The notes below the pieces were generated by a model. It searched no databases. It worked only from the letters and a program-made list of their open reading frames with translations, and was not told the origin of the DNA. The translations under genes were made by a program, and so were the position numbers. Shown one piece after another: positions 19,440-28,762 of a stretch of 64,000 nucleotides of DNA (within the stretch, counting starts at the first letter, position 1; each line of letters begins with the position of its first letter). Location of the stretch: positions 151 through 64,150 of the forward strand of contig JANWXY010000085.1 in assembly GCA_025057135.1 (NCBI GenBank). Direction: 5' to 3'. Source of the stretch: Bacteroidia bacterium. Lineage in GTDB: Bacteria > Bacteroidota > Bacteroidia > SpSt-205.

Positions 19440-20282
19440 CTAACGGTTAGGACGATTTTTGTGCCAAAGAAAAAGTCCCCCCAAAAGAGAAGCGAGCCAC
19501 ACTCCAAGCTCTGCCCAAGTTACGCTGGCACGCCAGCCTGTGAGCAAATGCAAAAAAGCACCAATCCAACCTTTGTGATGCAAGAGAGGATAATACTTCC
19601 CATCGTAAAAGGTATAACTCCAGCTGTAGGCAGAAGGCACTTCGGTCTGAGGAGCAAAAAGGTTCCATGCCTTGTACTCTGCCAGTTCTTCTGCCCAAGA
19701 ATATCGCGGCTCTAAAAGCTCTATCAGCTCATGCGCTGCGTAAGAAGCCATACCCGCAGCTACCATCAGGAGGAGTACAGAGGTGATATTGAAGAAAGGA
19801 CGAAGTGGAACCCGTCGACCGTAGACGAAAATAAGTACGCCGACCGCAGCAGCCATCAAAAGCCCAAATAACCCGCCTATCCAGGAAATATCCCGCTGCA
19901 TGGCCCAGAGCGTACGCAAAAACAGAGCTGTTTCCAGTCCTTCACGCAGTACCGTAGTGAAACTGAGGCTGAAAAGTAACCATCCCGTAGAAGATTGCGC
20001 AGCAGCCCGAAGCTCCTCTGATAATGTAGCGCTGTGACGACGCATCCATACTATCATATATATGAGCATGGCAGCTGCTAACCCCGAAAATACAATCTCC
20101 CACATTTGATGCACAATACTCAACCGCACCAGAAGAAATGCTGCCAGCAAGCTACTCCCTATCGCTGCAGCTATCCCACCCCACAGCCACATTTGCTCTT
20201 TACGCGATACATAGCGAGAAAGGATGCCCACAACGAGGGCTGCTTCCAGAGCTTCCCGAAAGGTTACGAAACCCTCACTCAC
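19440..20282 (-). CDS. FTR1-family high-affinity iron permease
   Basis: Two RExxE motifs (FREALEA, LREGLET) and about 7 hydrophobic segments; GTG start 4 nt after TACCTTTG. Confidence 0.88.
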   Translation of the reverse strand: MSEGFVTFREALEAALVVGILSRYVSRKEQMWLWGGIAAAIGSSLLAAFLLVRLSIVHQMWEIVFSGLAAAMLIYMIVWMRRHSATLSEELRAAAQSSTGWLLFSLSFTTVLREGLETALFLRTLWAMQRDISWIGGLFGLLMAAAVGVLIFVYGRRVPLRPFFNITSVLLLMVAAGMASYAAHELIELLEPRYSWAEELAEYKAWNLFAPQTEVPSAYSWSYTFYDGKYYPLLHHKGWIGAFLHLLTGWRASVTWAELGVWLASLLGGLFLWHKNRPNR

Positions 20283-20300
20283 ACTCCAAAGGTATGTTAT

Positions 20301-21542
20301 TTAGATTGATTCTTCACTTCGGCGCAAACGAATTAAGGTGAGCTCAGGCCAAATCCCCAAACGAGCTGGCAAACCAATATACCCTAAGCCCCTATTCACA
20401 TACAGATACTGCCGCCCTACCTGATACAGTCCCGCCCAATAGGTATAAAGCCATTGAGCTGGACTAAATCGGTACCCAAGCCACTCTACCCCTACTTGAA
20501 AGCCATGGGTATGCCCACTGAGAGTGAGAGAAATGGGATATTTTCCTTGAACTTCATACTCCCAGTGGGTGGGGTCATGAGAGAGAAGTATGGCAAACGT
20601 ATCAGGGGGAACCTGAGCCCAAGCCTGAGCTAAGTTTCCATAACGGCGAAATCGGCGCCACTGACTCCAATTGCCTACGCCCACGAGAGCTATTTGCTGA
20701 CCTTCTCGGTCTAAGATAGCTGCCTCATTATGCAGCAACCGAAATCCAGCTTTTTCTATCGCAGCTTTGAGATAAGCCCTCTCTGCCTGACGACGCTCAG
20801 GAGAAGCGCCCCCAATGTAATCCCCATAATCATGATTGCCCAATACAGCCCATTTGCCCAGAGGAGCCGAGAGCCCCGCTAAATCCTCAATGAACGGGTC
20901 TATCTCATGCGCAAACGTATTGACCCAATCGCCTGTGAAAACTATGACATCGGGCGCGAGAGCCTCAACTTGCTGCCAAACTGGTCGCAAATATGCAGGC
21001 GATAAAAAGCTTCCACTATGAAGGTCAGAAAAATGTAAAATGGTCACTCCGTCCCATACAGGAGGCAAATCAGATAGAAAAAGCTCTACTTTTTCTACAC
21101 GGAAACGAAACCTTCCCCAAAAGAATCCGTACCCCAAAGCCATAACTGGAGTTCCCAGAGCTACCCCACCTAAAAGCCGAAGGACTGCGCGACGACCCTC
21201 AGAGAAAGAGTCAGAAGAGGCTTTCAACTTCAAAGGGCTGAATATGCCCAGCAGCGCACTCACCAGCTTAGTTAGAATAAGTATTACCCATACCAAAAAC
21301 AGGATGCCAAGACCCATGTGAATCCGTTTGTATAAGTCCACAGACACTGGCAGCCATCGCCCCATCAGAAAGATAAGGAGCATGCACAAGAATAGCGCAG
21401 GGGTAAGCCAGCCCATCCAAGGCTTCCATATTCCGAGGCGCCGAAGTCCCCAGTAGCCTCCTATTTCAGCAAGCACCCATACACCGAGTATAAATGCCCA
21501 ACGCATATACAAGTCCACAGGTAGAGGGTTTTCAGCGTTCAA
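20301..21542 (-). CDS. Membrane-anchored metallophosphoesterase (YkuE/YaeI-like)
   Basis: N-terminal TM helices; SDLH, TGDWVN, GNHDYG, SHDP, SGHTHG and YVNRGLG. The start may be ATG 21506. Confidence 0.88.
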   Translation of the reverse strand: MNAENPLPVDLYMRWAFILGVWVLAEIGGYWGLRRLGIWKPWMGWLTPALFLCMLLIFLMGRWLPVSVDLYKRIHMGLGILFLVWVILILTKLVSALLGIFSPLKLKASSDSFSEGRRAVLRLLGGVALGTPVMALGYGFFWGRFRFRVEKVELFLSDLPPVWDGVTILHFSDLHSGSFLSPAYLRPVWQQVEALAPDVIVFTGDWVNTFAHEIDPFIEDLAGLSAPLGKWAVLGNHDYGDYIGGASPERRQAERAYLKAAIEKAGFRLLHNEAAILDREGQQIALVGVGNWSQWRRFRRYGNLAQAWAQVPPDTFAILLSHDPTHWEYEVQGKYPISLTLSGHTHGFQVGVEWLGYRFSPAQWLYTYWAGLYQVGRQYLYVNRGLGYIGLPARLGIWPELTLIRLRRSEESI

Positions 21543-21610
21543 AACAATATGGCTACAAAGATAAACTTACCCCCCCTCTCAACGAGAGAGGAAGACATCT
21601 CCCCCTCTTT

Positions 21611-22195
21611 CTACCCGTTACTTTGTGATTTTCGGGCTGATGCTTCTTCTTGCGAAGATATCTCGTACCGAAGGAAGCCTTCAAGATTCATATGAATGTA
21701 GCGGCGGCTCCCCGCCACGGTCTTGATTAGATTACTCTCATGAGGCTCATAGTCAGAGAGCTTTCGACGAAAGGTCTGGAGTTTAGCGAGGTAGCTATTT
21801 ATCTCCCCCAAAGCTACCTGAGAGGGACGATAAGACGGAGCGAAAACTTTCCAGGGAGCGGGAGGGCTCCATCCCGAAATATGTGGCAAACTCTCACCCA
21901 AGGGTGCGTATCCCCAGATTTTACAAAACTCCTCAGTATGACAAAGTAGGAAGTCTAAGTACCATTCCTGCCCATAAGCAAGTCCGAAAGGCCAATAAGT
22001 CACATGCAACCCAACTGCCCGCACCCGTTGTTGGGTCGTCCTGAGAGTATGAGCCAAAAACTCTACCTCTTCCATCAGCGCACCCTCAGTAGGCGATACA
22101 GGGTCTATCACAACCCAAGTAGCTGTGGGGGGGAGAACCTTCTGAGGGTCTTCAAGCCAAAATCCACCCTCCGGAAGAACCAGAGCTTTGTGCAT
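21611..22195 (-). CDS. Hypothetical protein
   Basis: ATG 22195 overlaps the upstream TAA (TAATG coupling); 194 aa; no motif recognised. Confidence 0.6.
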   Translation of the reverse strand: MHKALVLPEGGFWLEDPQKVLPPTATWVVIDPVSPTEGALMEEVEFLAHTLRTTQQRVRAVGLHVTYWPFGLAYGQEWYLDFLLCHTEEFCKIWGYAPLGESLPHISGWSPPAPWKVFAPSYRPSQVALGEINSYLAKLQTFRRKLSDYEPHESNLIKTVAGSRRYIHMNLEGFLRYEISSQEEASARKSQSNG

Positions 22196-25100
22196 TAGCG
22201 TAGAAGGGTTAGGGTGCCTGCCCGCTCTATCTGAGTACCGTCTATGAAAGTAACCTCTGCAACATACGTATATACGCCCTCCACCGCATTCTCGCCGCGC
22301 CAAGGGGAGTTTCCTTGGTACATCAGCTTGCCCCAGCGGTCATAAATTCGGAGCTGGACAGACTGTATCCCTGCCCCTTGGGGAAACCACACATCGTTTA
22401 TCCCATCCCCATTGGGACTAAACGCATTGGGAATAATCAGCTGGCGCTGTCCTGATACGATAACCCGAAGGGTCAAAGTATCCCGACAGCCTTGAATATC
22501 AGCCACAAGGGTAAGGATATAGCTGCCTGGAAGATATAAGTGAGAAGCGACAGGAGCCGTCGTAGAGGCGGTCGTTCCATCGCCGAAGCTCCACAGGAAT
22601 TGCACTGCATACCCCGCCGGCGCATTATATGTTGCGAGAAAAGAGATTTCCACAGGGCCCTGAGGTGGCGGTGTGAGCGCAGGATTAGCTGTGATCCCCG
22701 TGAGGATGGGAGTAGGTAGTCCCTGAGCGGTGACTTGTACGGCTGAGGAGGCGCATGCTCCGACTCTATACACCACAGTATAAGGCGAAGAGAGCACCGG
22801 ACCGGACAAAATAAGTTCCGCGCCACTCCCCACTGAGTCTCCATTGGAATCATACCATATGAAGGTGCCACCGGCCGCACCTGAAACTAACTCTGCTTGA
22901 AGCCGTAGTGGTAAGCACCCACTTGCACCTTCGGCTCGGATGACTGGTGCGGGAATAACTTCCACTGCCTTTTCCACCGGGCCTATCCATCCACAGCAGT
23001 CTGTCTCTACTCGCAATTTCAGCGTATATCTGCCCGATTGAGCGGCTGTGAAACGAAACGTGTCCCGATTGCCAGTAGCGATGATTTGACCACCATACTC
23101 TGCCTGCCACTGATAGGCAAGAGCGAAAAGCTCTGAGCTTACCGCTACGATTTCTCCTGCGCACAGCGTATCCGCTGCTGTGAGCACCCGTAGGTTTATG
23201 AGGTCTGGCGAGGTCAAAATAGTCCAGAATCTTGGATACGAGCTGCCTGAAAAGGTGATATCCTTCGGTCCCGTGAGAGTGTACTGAACAGAACCTGAGT
23301 TCGTGGGTAAAGCGGGGGGATTAGCACCGGCGCCTAAATCTGTGAAGCTACCTGGGGACAAGCTGGAAATGCTGAGAGCGGTACCCGTGCAGTTTGTGCT
23401 GCCGATAGTGATGGAAGGCTGAGCAGAGAGGTTGAAAGAGGTTTCCAAGAGGGTGGGAGGTGTGCCCTGTACGAGTAAGGGAAGGGCTTGTCCAGGCTGA
23501 CCATTACCGCCAGAACCACCATTTCCACCACGCCCGCCATTACCACCTTTACCGCCAGCTCCCATATTGCATCCTCCATCCGTAGGTGGACAAGGACCTG
23601 CTCCTTGGCCACCTGAACCACCGAGCCCCCCCACTCCACCTATTCCGCCGGCTCCTGCATTGCCCGCAGACAATAGGCACTGAATCCAGCTCCCTGATGC
23701 ACTTCCTAAAAGGACCGCTGCATAACTACTCCCCCCCCCAGAAGCGCCACCTCCGCCTGTGCCTCCCTCGCCACCGCCTCCCCCTCCTCCACCACCTGCA
23801 CCTATGGTTGGACAACTGGGCGGAACTATGTTGATAGCTCCCCCACCGCCACCACCGCCTCCTCCCCCACTACCATGGGTGCCATTCTCGCCAGGTTTGC
23901 CGCGAGAACCGGGTCGCCAGAAACCCTCTACTACTTGTCCAGGGCCTCCATCGGCCCCGTCAGTACCATTTCGTCCATTTGCTCCATCAGTTCCGTTTCC
24001 GCCGGCTGCTTGAGGGACTCCGGGCAGCGGCGTCTGACTGCAAGCACAAGCGCCCCCTCCTATTAGCCCGATAGAACATAGGGAACCAGCGGTCCCTCCG
24101 GCTCCCCCACTTGGTCCTTGTCCAGGCTGTCCGCCTAAGCCATTAGCTGTAAATTGGCTACTTCCCCCAGCTCCTCCTGAGGCTCCAATAGGACTGCTCC
24201 CGCCAGCCCCACCTGCACCTGCACTTGCAGGGGGCGGTGTTCCAAGTGGAGGCAGACAAATCCCAAACGTAGGCGTGGCAGCAGCCCCGGCCCCACCGCA
24301 GCTTCCATTACCCCCAGGGCGACCATTCTGCCCTGCCTGTCCATCTTGTCCCTTAGAGGCATCCCCCGCTATAACCTGACACCGTACTACTTCATAACTT
24401 GCACAGTCTCTGAGATACAACCCATAAGTGGAAACTCCCCGTCCATCTGCACAGGTACTATTAGCCGCCGGAGCATCTTCTACCTCAATGGTCAAATCTT
24501 GCAGCCGAAATGCTCTCGCCCCATGGATCTGAAGAGCCACCAGACGGGGCGTACGGGATAAGCAGCCCTCTATGTTCCGAGAACTGCGCCTCAGAGTCGT
24601 CAAACCAGGGGAGGAGCTTTTTTGCCAACCTGCATTAGGGTCATACCCTCCTTCCAGAATCACACTGTCGGTCAGAGTAGTAAGCGGACGATCTAAGATA
24701 TACAAGCCTTGGGCAAGCTTGATGATCCCTGTGCGACAACGAATCCTTTCAAGCGCTGCCTCGAGTGAAGTGGGGGCATTCCGAGTACCCGGAGCAGTAG
24801 GACTGCCATTAGGGGTCACATATTGGACATTGCAGCTACCCGCCAGAGCATCGCCAGCCAGAACCTCCACAGTTATGCTATCTGAGGGGCACCCTGCTGG
24901 TGATACATACCTTAGCGTGTGTTGCCCGACAGCCAAACGCACAGGAGAAGGTATTGACACCCAAGTGCCTCCCTGACGCACCTCCCACTGCCCTCCTAAG
25001 ATTGAAGCCAATCCCGTCAGCTCCACCGGACGCCCACCACAGGTATAAACACGAACGGGAGTTATCTCTGCTTTGGGTACTGGATGCACCTGCACGCTGT

Positions 25101-26175
25101 CAGTGAGAGTATAAGCACAGGCACCAACGCTGACCGTAAGCGTGTATTTGTACCAAAAGGGCTCCTCAAAGTCCAAAGGGGCAGGCGGTGTATGAGTAGT
25201 AGAAAGCCCCGTAGCTCCCGTACTCCATGTGGCTGTAGCTCCAGGGGGCAGCCCGCCCAGCATACTTCCTGTCAGCTGCACGCTTCCTCCCGCACAGATC
25301 ACCGGAGGCGTAATCGTAATAGCAGGCGTACCTACCAAAGTAACCTGGGTATTTTGCCCGGACGCAGCGAAGTTTCCGCATTTATCAGAAACTGTATTAC
25401 CATCCGACCCCGATACGAGAGTTATGGTGTAGTTTCCGCTGGATACGGGCCCCTGTAAGTCTATGAATACTTCATAGGAAAATGTCCCACCACCTACACA
25501 CCCCGCTGCGGTAGGGACGAGGCCACCTGAAATCTGAAAATCAGAACCATTCGGAGCTACGGTAGAGCAGGAGATGGGCTCATTGAATCGCAAGATAATC
25601 CTATTCGCTCTCTGACAATCCTGTCGAGCCGAAACGAGCTGAGGTGGCGTATTGTCAAATATAATCGCCGTACCATTGAAAGTTATTGTAAAGCCTGTTT
25701 GGTCCCGAGTATAGTTGTCTATCAAAAGCACGAATGTTTGTCCTGCGGAGACTTGCAGACCTGGCATGAAAGGTGGGTCGCTTGCTGGATAGCTGAGCGG
25801 ATTAGGGTCCGTCTGATTAGGGTCTAAACCAGTATTCCCGTTTTCAGCAGAGAAGTTACATCGGATGGGCTGACTATTGCCGACCACGCTGCAAGAGCTA
25901 TTTGTGATGTCCCATAGCGCAAAGTCATAGTCGTAGGTCGTATTGATGGTAAAGCCAAAGGTTCCACCCTGTTGTACGGTGAAAATAAACCAGGCTGTTT
26001 TTTGCTCATTATTCAGCAGGCAGGTGTTGTTGTTTAGCTCCTGTTGCTGGCCAAAGTCAGGTGGTGAGTTTGTGTACGTGTAAGTCTGCTGGCATACGGG
26101 AATCGCATTGACACAGTCAGATTCAGGCAAAGTTTGAGCCCACAAAACCCCTAATAGAGGTAGGAGATAGCGCAT
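22195..26175 (-). CDS. T9SS type-B-sorted large surface protein with a PGRS-like glycine-rich domain and PKD/Ig domains
   Basis: Signal MRYLLPLLGVLWA|Q; DCVNAIPVC N-domain; Ig-like repeats; Gly-rich block; PKD WSFGDG; C-terminal IPNAFSPNGDGINDVW...IYDRWG...GVYTY...GTLTLLR (gliding-motility/type B CTD). Confidence 0.88.
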   Translation of the reverse strand: MRYLLPLLGVLWAQTLPESDCVNAIPVCQQTYTYTNSPPDFGQQQELNNNTCLLNNEQKTAWFIFTVQQGGTFGFTINTTYDYDFALWDITNSSCSVVGNSQPIRCNFSAENGNTGLDPNQTDPNPLSYPASDPPFMPGLQVSAGQTFVLLIDNYTRDQTGFTITFNGTAIIFDNTPPQLVSARQDCQRANRIILRFNEPISCSTVAPNGSDFQISGGLVPTAAGCVGGGTFSYEVFIDLQGPVSSGNYTITLVSGSDGNTVSDKCGNFAASGQNTQVTLVGTPAITITPPVICAGGSVQLTGSMLGGLPPGATATWSTGATGLSTTHTPPAPLDFEEPFWYKYTLTVSVGACAYTLTDSVQVHPVPKAEITPVRVYTCGGRPVELTGLASILGGQWEVRQGGTWVSIPSPVRLAVGQHTLRYVSPAGCPSDSITVEVLAGDALAGSCNVQYVTPNGSPTAPGTRNAPTSLEAALERIRCRTGIIKLAQGLYILDRPLTTLTDSVILEGGYDPNAGWQKSSSPGLTTLRRSSRNIEGCLSRTPRLVALQIHGARAFRLQDLTIEVEDAPAANSTCADGRGVSTYGLYLRDCASYEVVRCQVIAGDASKGQDGQAGQNGRPGGNGSCGGAGAAATPTFGICLPPLGTPPPASAGAGGAGGSSPIGASGGAGGSSQFTANGLGGQPGQGPSGGAGGTAGSLCSIGLIGGGACACSQTPLPGVPQAAGGNGTDGANGRNGTDGADGGPGQVVEGFWRPGSRGKPGENGTHGSGGGGGGGGGGAINIVPPSCPTIGAGGGGGGGGGEGGTGGGGASGGGSSYAAVLLGSASGSWIQCLLSAGNAGAGGIGGVGGLGGSGGQGAGPCPPTDGGCNMGAGGKGGNGGRGGNGGSGGNGQPGQALPLLVQGTPPTLLETSFNLSAQPSITIGSTNCTGTALSISSLSPGSFTDLGAGANPPALPTNSGSVQYTLTGPKDITFSGSSYPRFWTILTSPDLINLRVLTAADTLCAGEIVAVSSELFALAYQWQAEYGGQIIATGNRDTFRFTAAQSGRYTLKLRVETDCCGWIGPVEKAVEVIPAPVIRAEGASGCLPLRLQAELVSGAAGGTFIWYDSNGDSVGSGAELILSGPVLSSPYTVVYRVGACASSAVQVTAQGLPTPILTGITANPALTPPPQGPVEISFLATYNAPAGYAVQFLWSFGDGTTASTTAPVASHLYLPGSYILTLVADIQGCRDTLTLRVIVSGQRQLIIPNAFSPNGDGINDVWFPQGAGIQSVQLRIYDRWGKLMYQGNSPWRGENAVEGVYTYVAEVTFIDGTQIERAGTLTLLR

Positions 26176-26272
26176 CGGAACAAAAGTAATGAGCCTCCAT
26201 CTATTGTCATACACCCTTGATTAGGTCACTTGGAGAGACTCTGAGAGCCATTATTGCATACCTTTGACACGC

Positions 26273-27325
26273 ATGAAAGCCTCCCAAGAGCTTCGCATGG
26301 CTTATGAGACTCTGCGGAAAAATCACCCTAATCTTTACCTTCGGGATGCCGCAGAGCAGCTGGGCGTTAGTGAAATGGAACTCCTTCGCTTAGAAACGGG
26401 GCAAGGGGTTACCCGCCTCAGACCCGAGATACCTGCTCTTTTGGAAGCCTTACCTACTCTCGGCCCACTCAAAGCCCTTAGTCGTAATCGTTGGGTCGTC
26501 ATAGAAACCACAGGCGCGTACCCCTCTCCCTTCGTAGAGCGAGGCACGATGGTCTTTGCCAGTTCGATTATTGACCTGCGGATATATCTCTCAGCATGGA
26601 AATATGCCTTTGCTGTAAAATCCTTTGGAAAAGACGGAAAGCCGTTATATAGCTTTCAGTTTTTCACCGAATGGGGTGAAGCTATACACAAAGTTTATCT
26701 CACCGCTTCTGAACAGATAGAGAAGTGGGAGCACCTCGTCCAGAGGTTTTCTCATGAAAATCAATCACCCGAGGCAGACAATATCGCGCCAGTGCCCAGT
26801 TTGCCAAAATCATCCCCACTTGAAAATCATTCCAAAGTAGCCTTCTTAGAGGGCTGGAATAATCTCACCGACACCCATGAGTTTTTTGGCTTACTTAGGG
26901 CGTTTGGGGTGGATAGGCTCACAGCCATAGAGGCTGCGGCCGGACTACACACGTGGCAACTGCCCAATAATGCGCTTCACTCGCTTTTGGAATGGGCCAG
27001 AGATAGTCAGACTCCCATCATGTTCTTTGTCGGGAATGCCGGGATTCACCATATTTACTCTGGCACCATAAAGAATGTCTCTTTGGCTCGTGGATGGCTG
27101 AATGTTTTGGACCCTGACTTCAATATCCATATAAACCCTGAGGGAATAAATCGTATATATCTCGTTCGCAAGCCGACGAAGGAAGGAGATATTTATTCGT
27201 TGGAAGTTTTCGGTCCAGCGGGAGAAGAGCTCCTGTGGATATTTGGCGCTCGTAAGCCGGGTTTACCCGTACCAGAGAGCTGGCGAAGTTATGTCCATGG
27301 TCTGATTCCTTCCATAGCTCATTAG
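26273..27325 (+). CDS. hemS: HemS/ChuS-family heme utilisation protein
   Basis: RDAAEQLGVSEMEL, ALSRN, IDLRIYLSAW, SFQFF...HKVY, DTHEFFGLL, IMFFVGN.G, WLNVLDPDFNIH and FGARKPG (duplicated HemS domain). ATG 26273 is 6 nt after TACCTTTG. Confidence 0.88.
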   Translation: MKASQELRMAYETLRKNHPNLYLRDAAEQLGVSEMELLRLETGQGVTRLRPEIPALLEALPTLGPLKALSRNRWVVIETTGAYPSPFVERGTMVFASSIIDLRIYLSAWKYAFAVKSFGKDGKPLYSFQFFTEWGEAIHKVYLTASEQIEKWEHLVQRFSHENQSPEADNIAPVPSLPKSSPLENHSKVAFLEGWNNLTDTHEFFGLLRAFGVDRLTAIEAAAGLHTWQLPNNALHSLLEWARDSQTPIMFFVGNAGIHHIYSGTIKNVSLARGWLNVLDPDFNIHINPEGINRIYLVRKPTKEGDIYSLEVFGPAGEELLWIFGARKPGLPVPESWRSYVHGLIPSIAH

Positions 27326-27408
27326 ACCATTTGACCATAGATTTCACCCTTCTCTATCTTGAAGGATAGAGGGTACCGAGCCGCACTCAAGTAGTAAGAA
27401 TACAGTAT

Positions 27409-27780
27409 CTACTTCTTTCCCCGGCTTTTTTGCCACTTCTCCCACCAGCGCTCAAACTCGCGCCGACCACTCTCTGTCGTAAAAAGGGGGAGGAGTTCCT
27501 CATGGAGCAATTTCGGATTATATACTCTATCAGCTGCAAAGCGTAAAACTTCTATTCTGCTGCTCTCGTGATCCAGTGTCCATAGAAGGTCTCTAAGTTG
27601 AGCAGTAGATATACAATGTTCAGGTAAGACACTGCGCAGGAGGGCTATACGACTGGACTCAATGCTCTGCGAAGACACTTCCAAACGGAAATAGTTGAAC
27701 TCTACCTCACTCATAGAACCCACGAGACAAGACTGCCCCCACAGAATCCCAAGTCCCAATATGAGCCCTATCCCCCGCAT
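27409..27780 (-). CDS. Small exported protein, DUF4476-like
   Basis: Signal ending LWG|Q; CISTAQLRDLL..LDHESSRIEVLRFA pattern resembles DUF4476. Confidence 0.55.
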   Translation of the reverse strand: MRGIGLILGLGILWGQSCLVGSMSEVEFNYFRLEVSSQSIESSRIALLRSVLPEHCISTAQLRDLLWTLDHESSRIEVLRFAADRVYNPKLLHEELLPLFTTESGRREFERWWEKWQKSRGKK

Positions 27781-27832
27781 TTGTACAAAGTAACAAAACA
27801 TCATATGTCCCGCTTTACATATCAAACAAGAT

Positions 27833-28762
27833 TTATGAATAATCTTGACGGAAGGCGCTGACGGTATCTTTTACTCCTGTGCTTAGGTTATAGAAAGGTT
27901 TCCAACCTGTCAGTGTAGAGAGCATATCGGAGGATAGAGCGTTTCGTCGGAGCTCACCAGGCTTTGGTGGGAGATAGGTGGGTTTAGCCAGAGTGCCTAT
28001 ACTCTCGGCTATGGTCTGATACAGGGCATTTACAGTAGTTTGCTTTCCTGTGCCTACATTTAGGATTTGGCTGTAAGCACACTCGCCCGCATTTAGAATA
28101 GCTAAAAAGGCGCTCACTACATCTTTGACGTGGATAAAGTCGCGCGTCTGCTCCCCATCTCCATAGATAAAAGCCGTTTCGCCTTTCAGAAGCCTGTGAG
28201 TAAAAATCGCCACTACGCCAGCTTCGCCATGGGGATTCTGCCGAGGACCATAAACATTTGCTAAACGCAGGATAGTATAGGGGAAATCGTGAACCCGCGC
28301 AAAGTGCTTGATATACATCTCTCCTGCCAGCTTGGCAATACCATAGGGGGACTCTGGTTGAGGCACTTCTGTCTCAGGAATAGGCAGATGAGATTTCTCT
28401 CCATAGATGGCTCCTCCTGTGGAAGCGAAAAAAAACCAAGGACGCTGAGACTGAACGGCTTCTAAGAGATTTAGCGTACCTATGATATTAATCTCTGCGT
28501 CTCGGAGGGGCGCTTCTACCGAAGTACGCACATCCACTTGGGCGGCTAAGTGCATCACTACATCATACGCATACTCGCGAAAATGGGCCTGCAAGCTTTC
28601 TCGGTCCCGCAAGTCTATCTGAAATAATGGCACTTGGTCAGGAAGGTTCTCGCGTCGCCCCGTACTGAGGTTGTCTATGACTGAGACCGAATGAGAGTCC
28701 AATAAAGCCTCTACAAGATGAGAACCAATAAAGCCCGCTCCACCAGTGACAAGAATCCGCAT
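27833..28762 (-). CDS. NAD-dependent epimerase/dehydratase (UDP-glucose 4-epimerase-like)
   Basis: TGGAGFIG, HLAAQVDV, STGGAIYG, YGIAK, NVYGPRQ and GDGEQTRDF. Confidence 0.9.
   Translation of the reverse strand: MRILVTGGAGFIGSHLVEALLDSHSVSVIDNLSTGRRENLPDQVPLFQIDLRDRESLQAHFREYAYDVVMHLAAQVDVRTSVEAPLRDAEINIIGTLNLLEAVQSQRPWFFFASTGGAIYGEKSHLPIPETEVPQPESPYGIAKLAGEMYIKHFARVHDFPYTILRLANVYGPRQNPHGEAGVVAIFTHRLLKGETAFIYGDGEQTRDFIHVKDVVSAFLAILNAGECAYSQILNVGTGKQTTVNALYQTIAESIGTLAKPTYLPPKPGELRRNALSSDMLSTLTGWKPFYNLSTGVKDTVSAFRQDYS

Noticed and set aside
23731-23739. G9 homopolymer (coding strand) as a phase-variation tract
   Set aside because: It lies within consecutive Gly codons where such runs are expected, and the frame is intact. 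Read-level length variation would be needed.
23759-24013. Poly-proline ORF on the plus strand
   Set aside because: Antisense shadow of the glycine codons in the T9SS gene.
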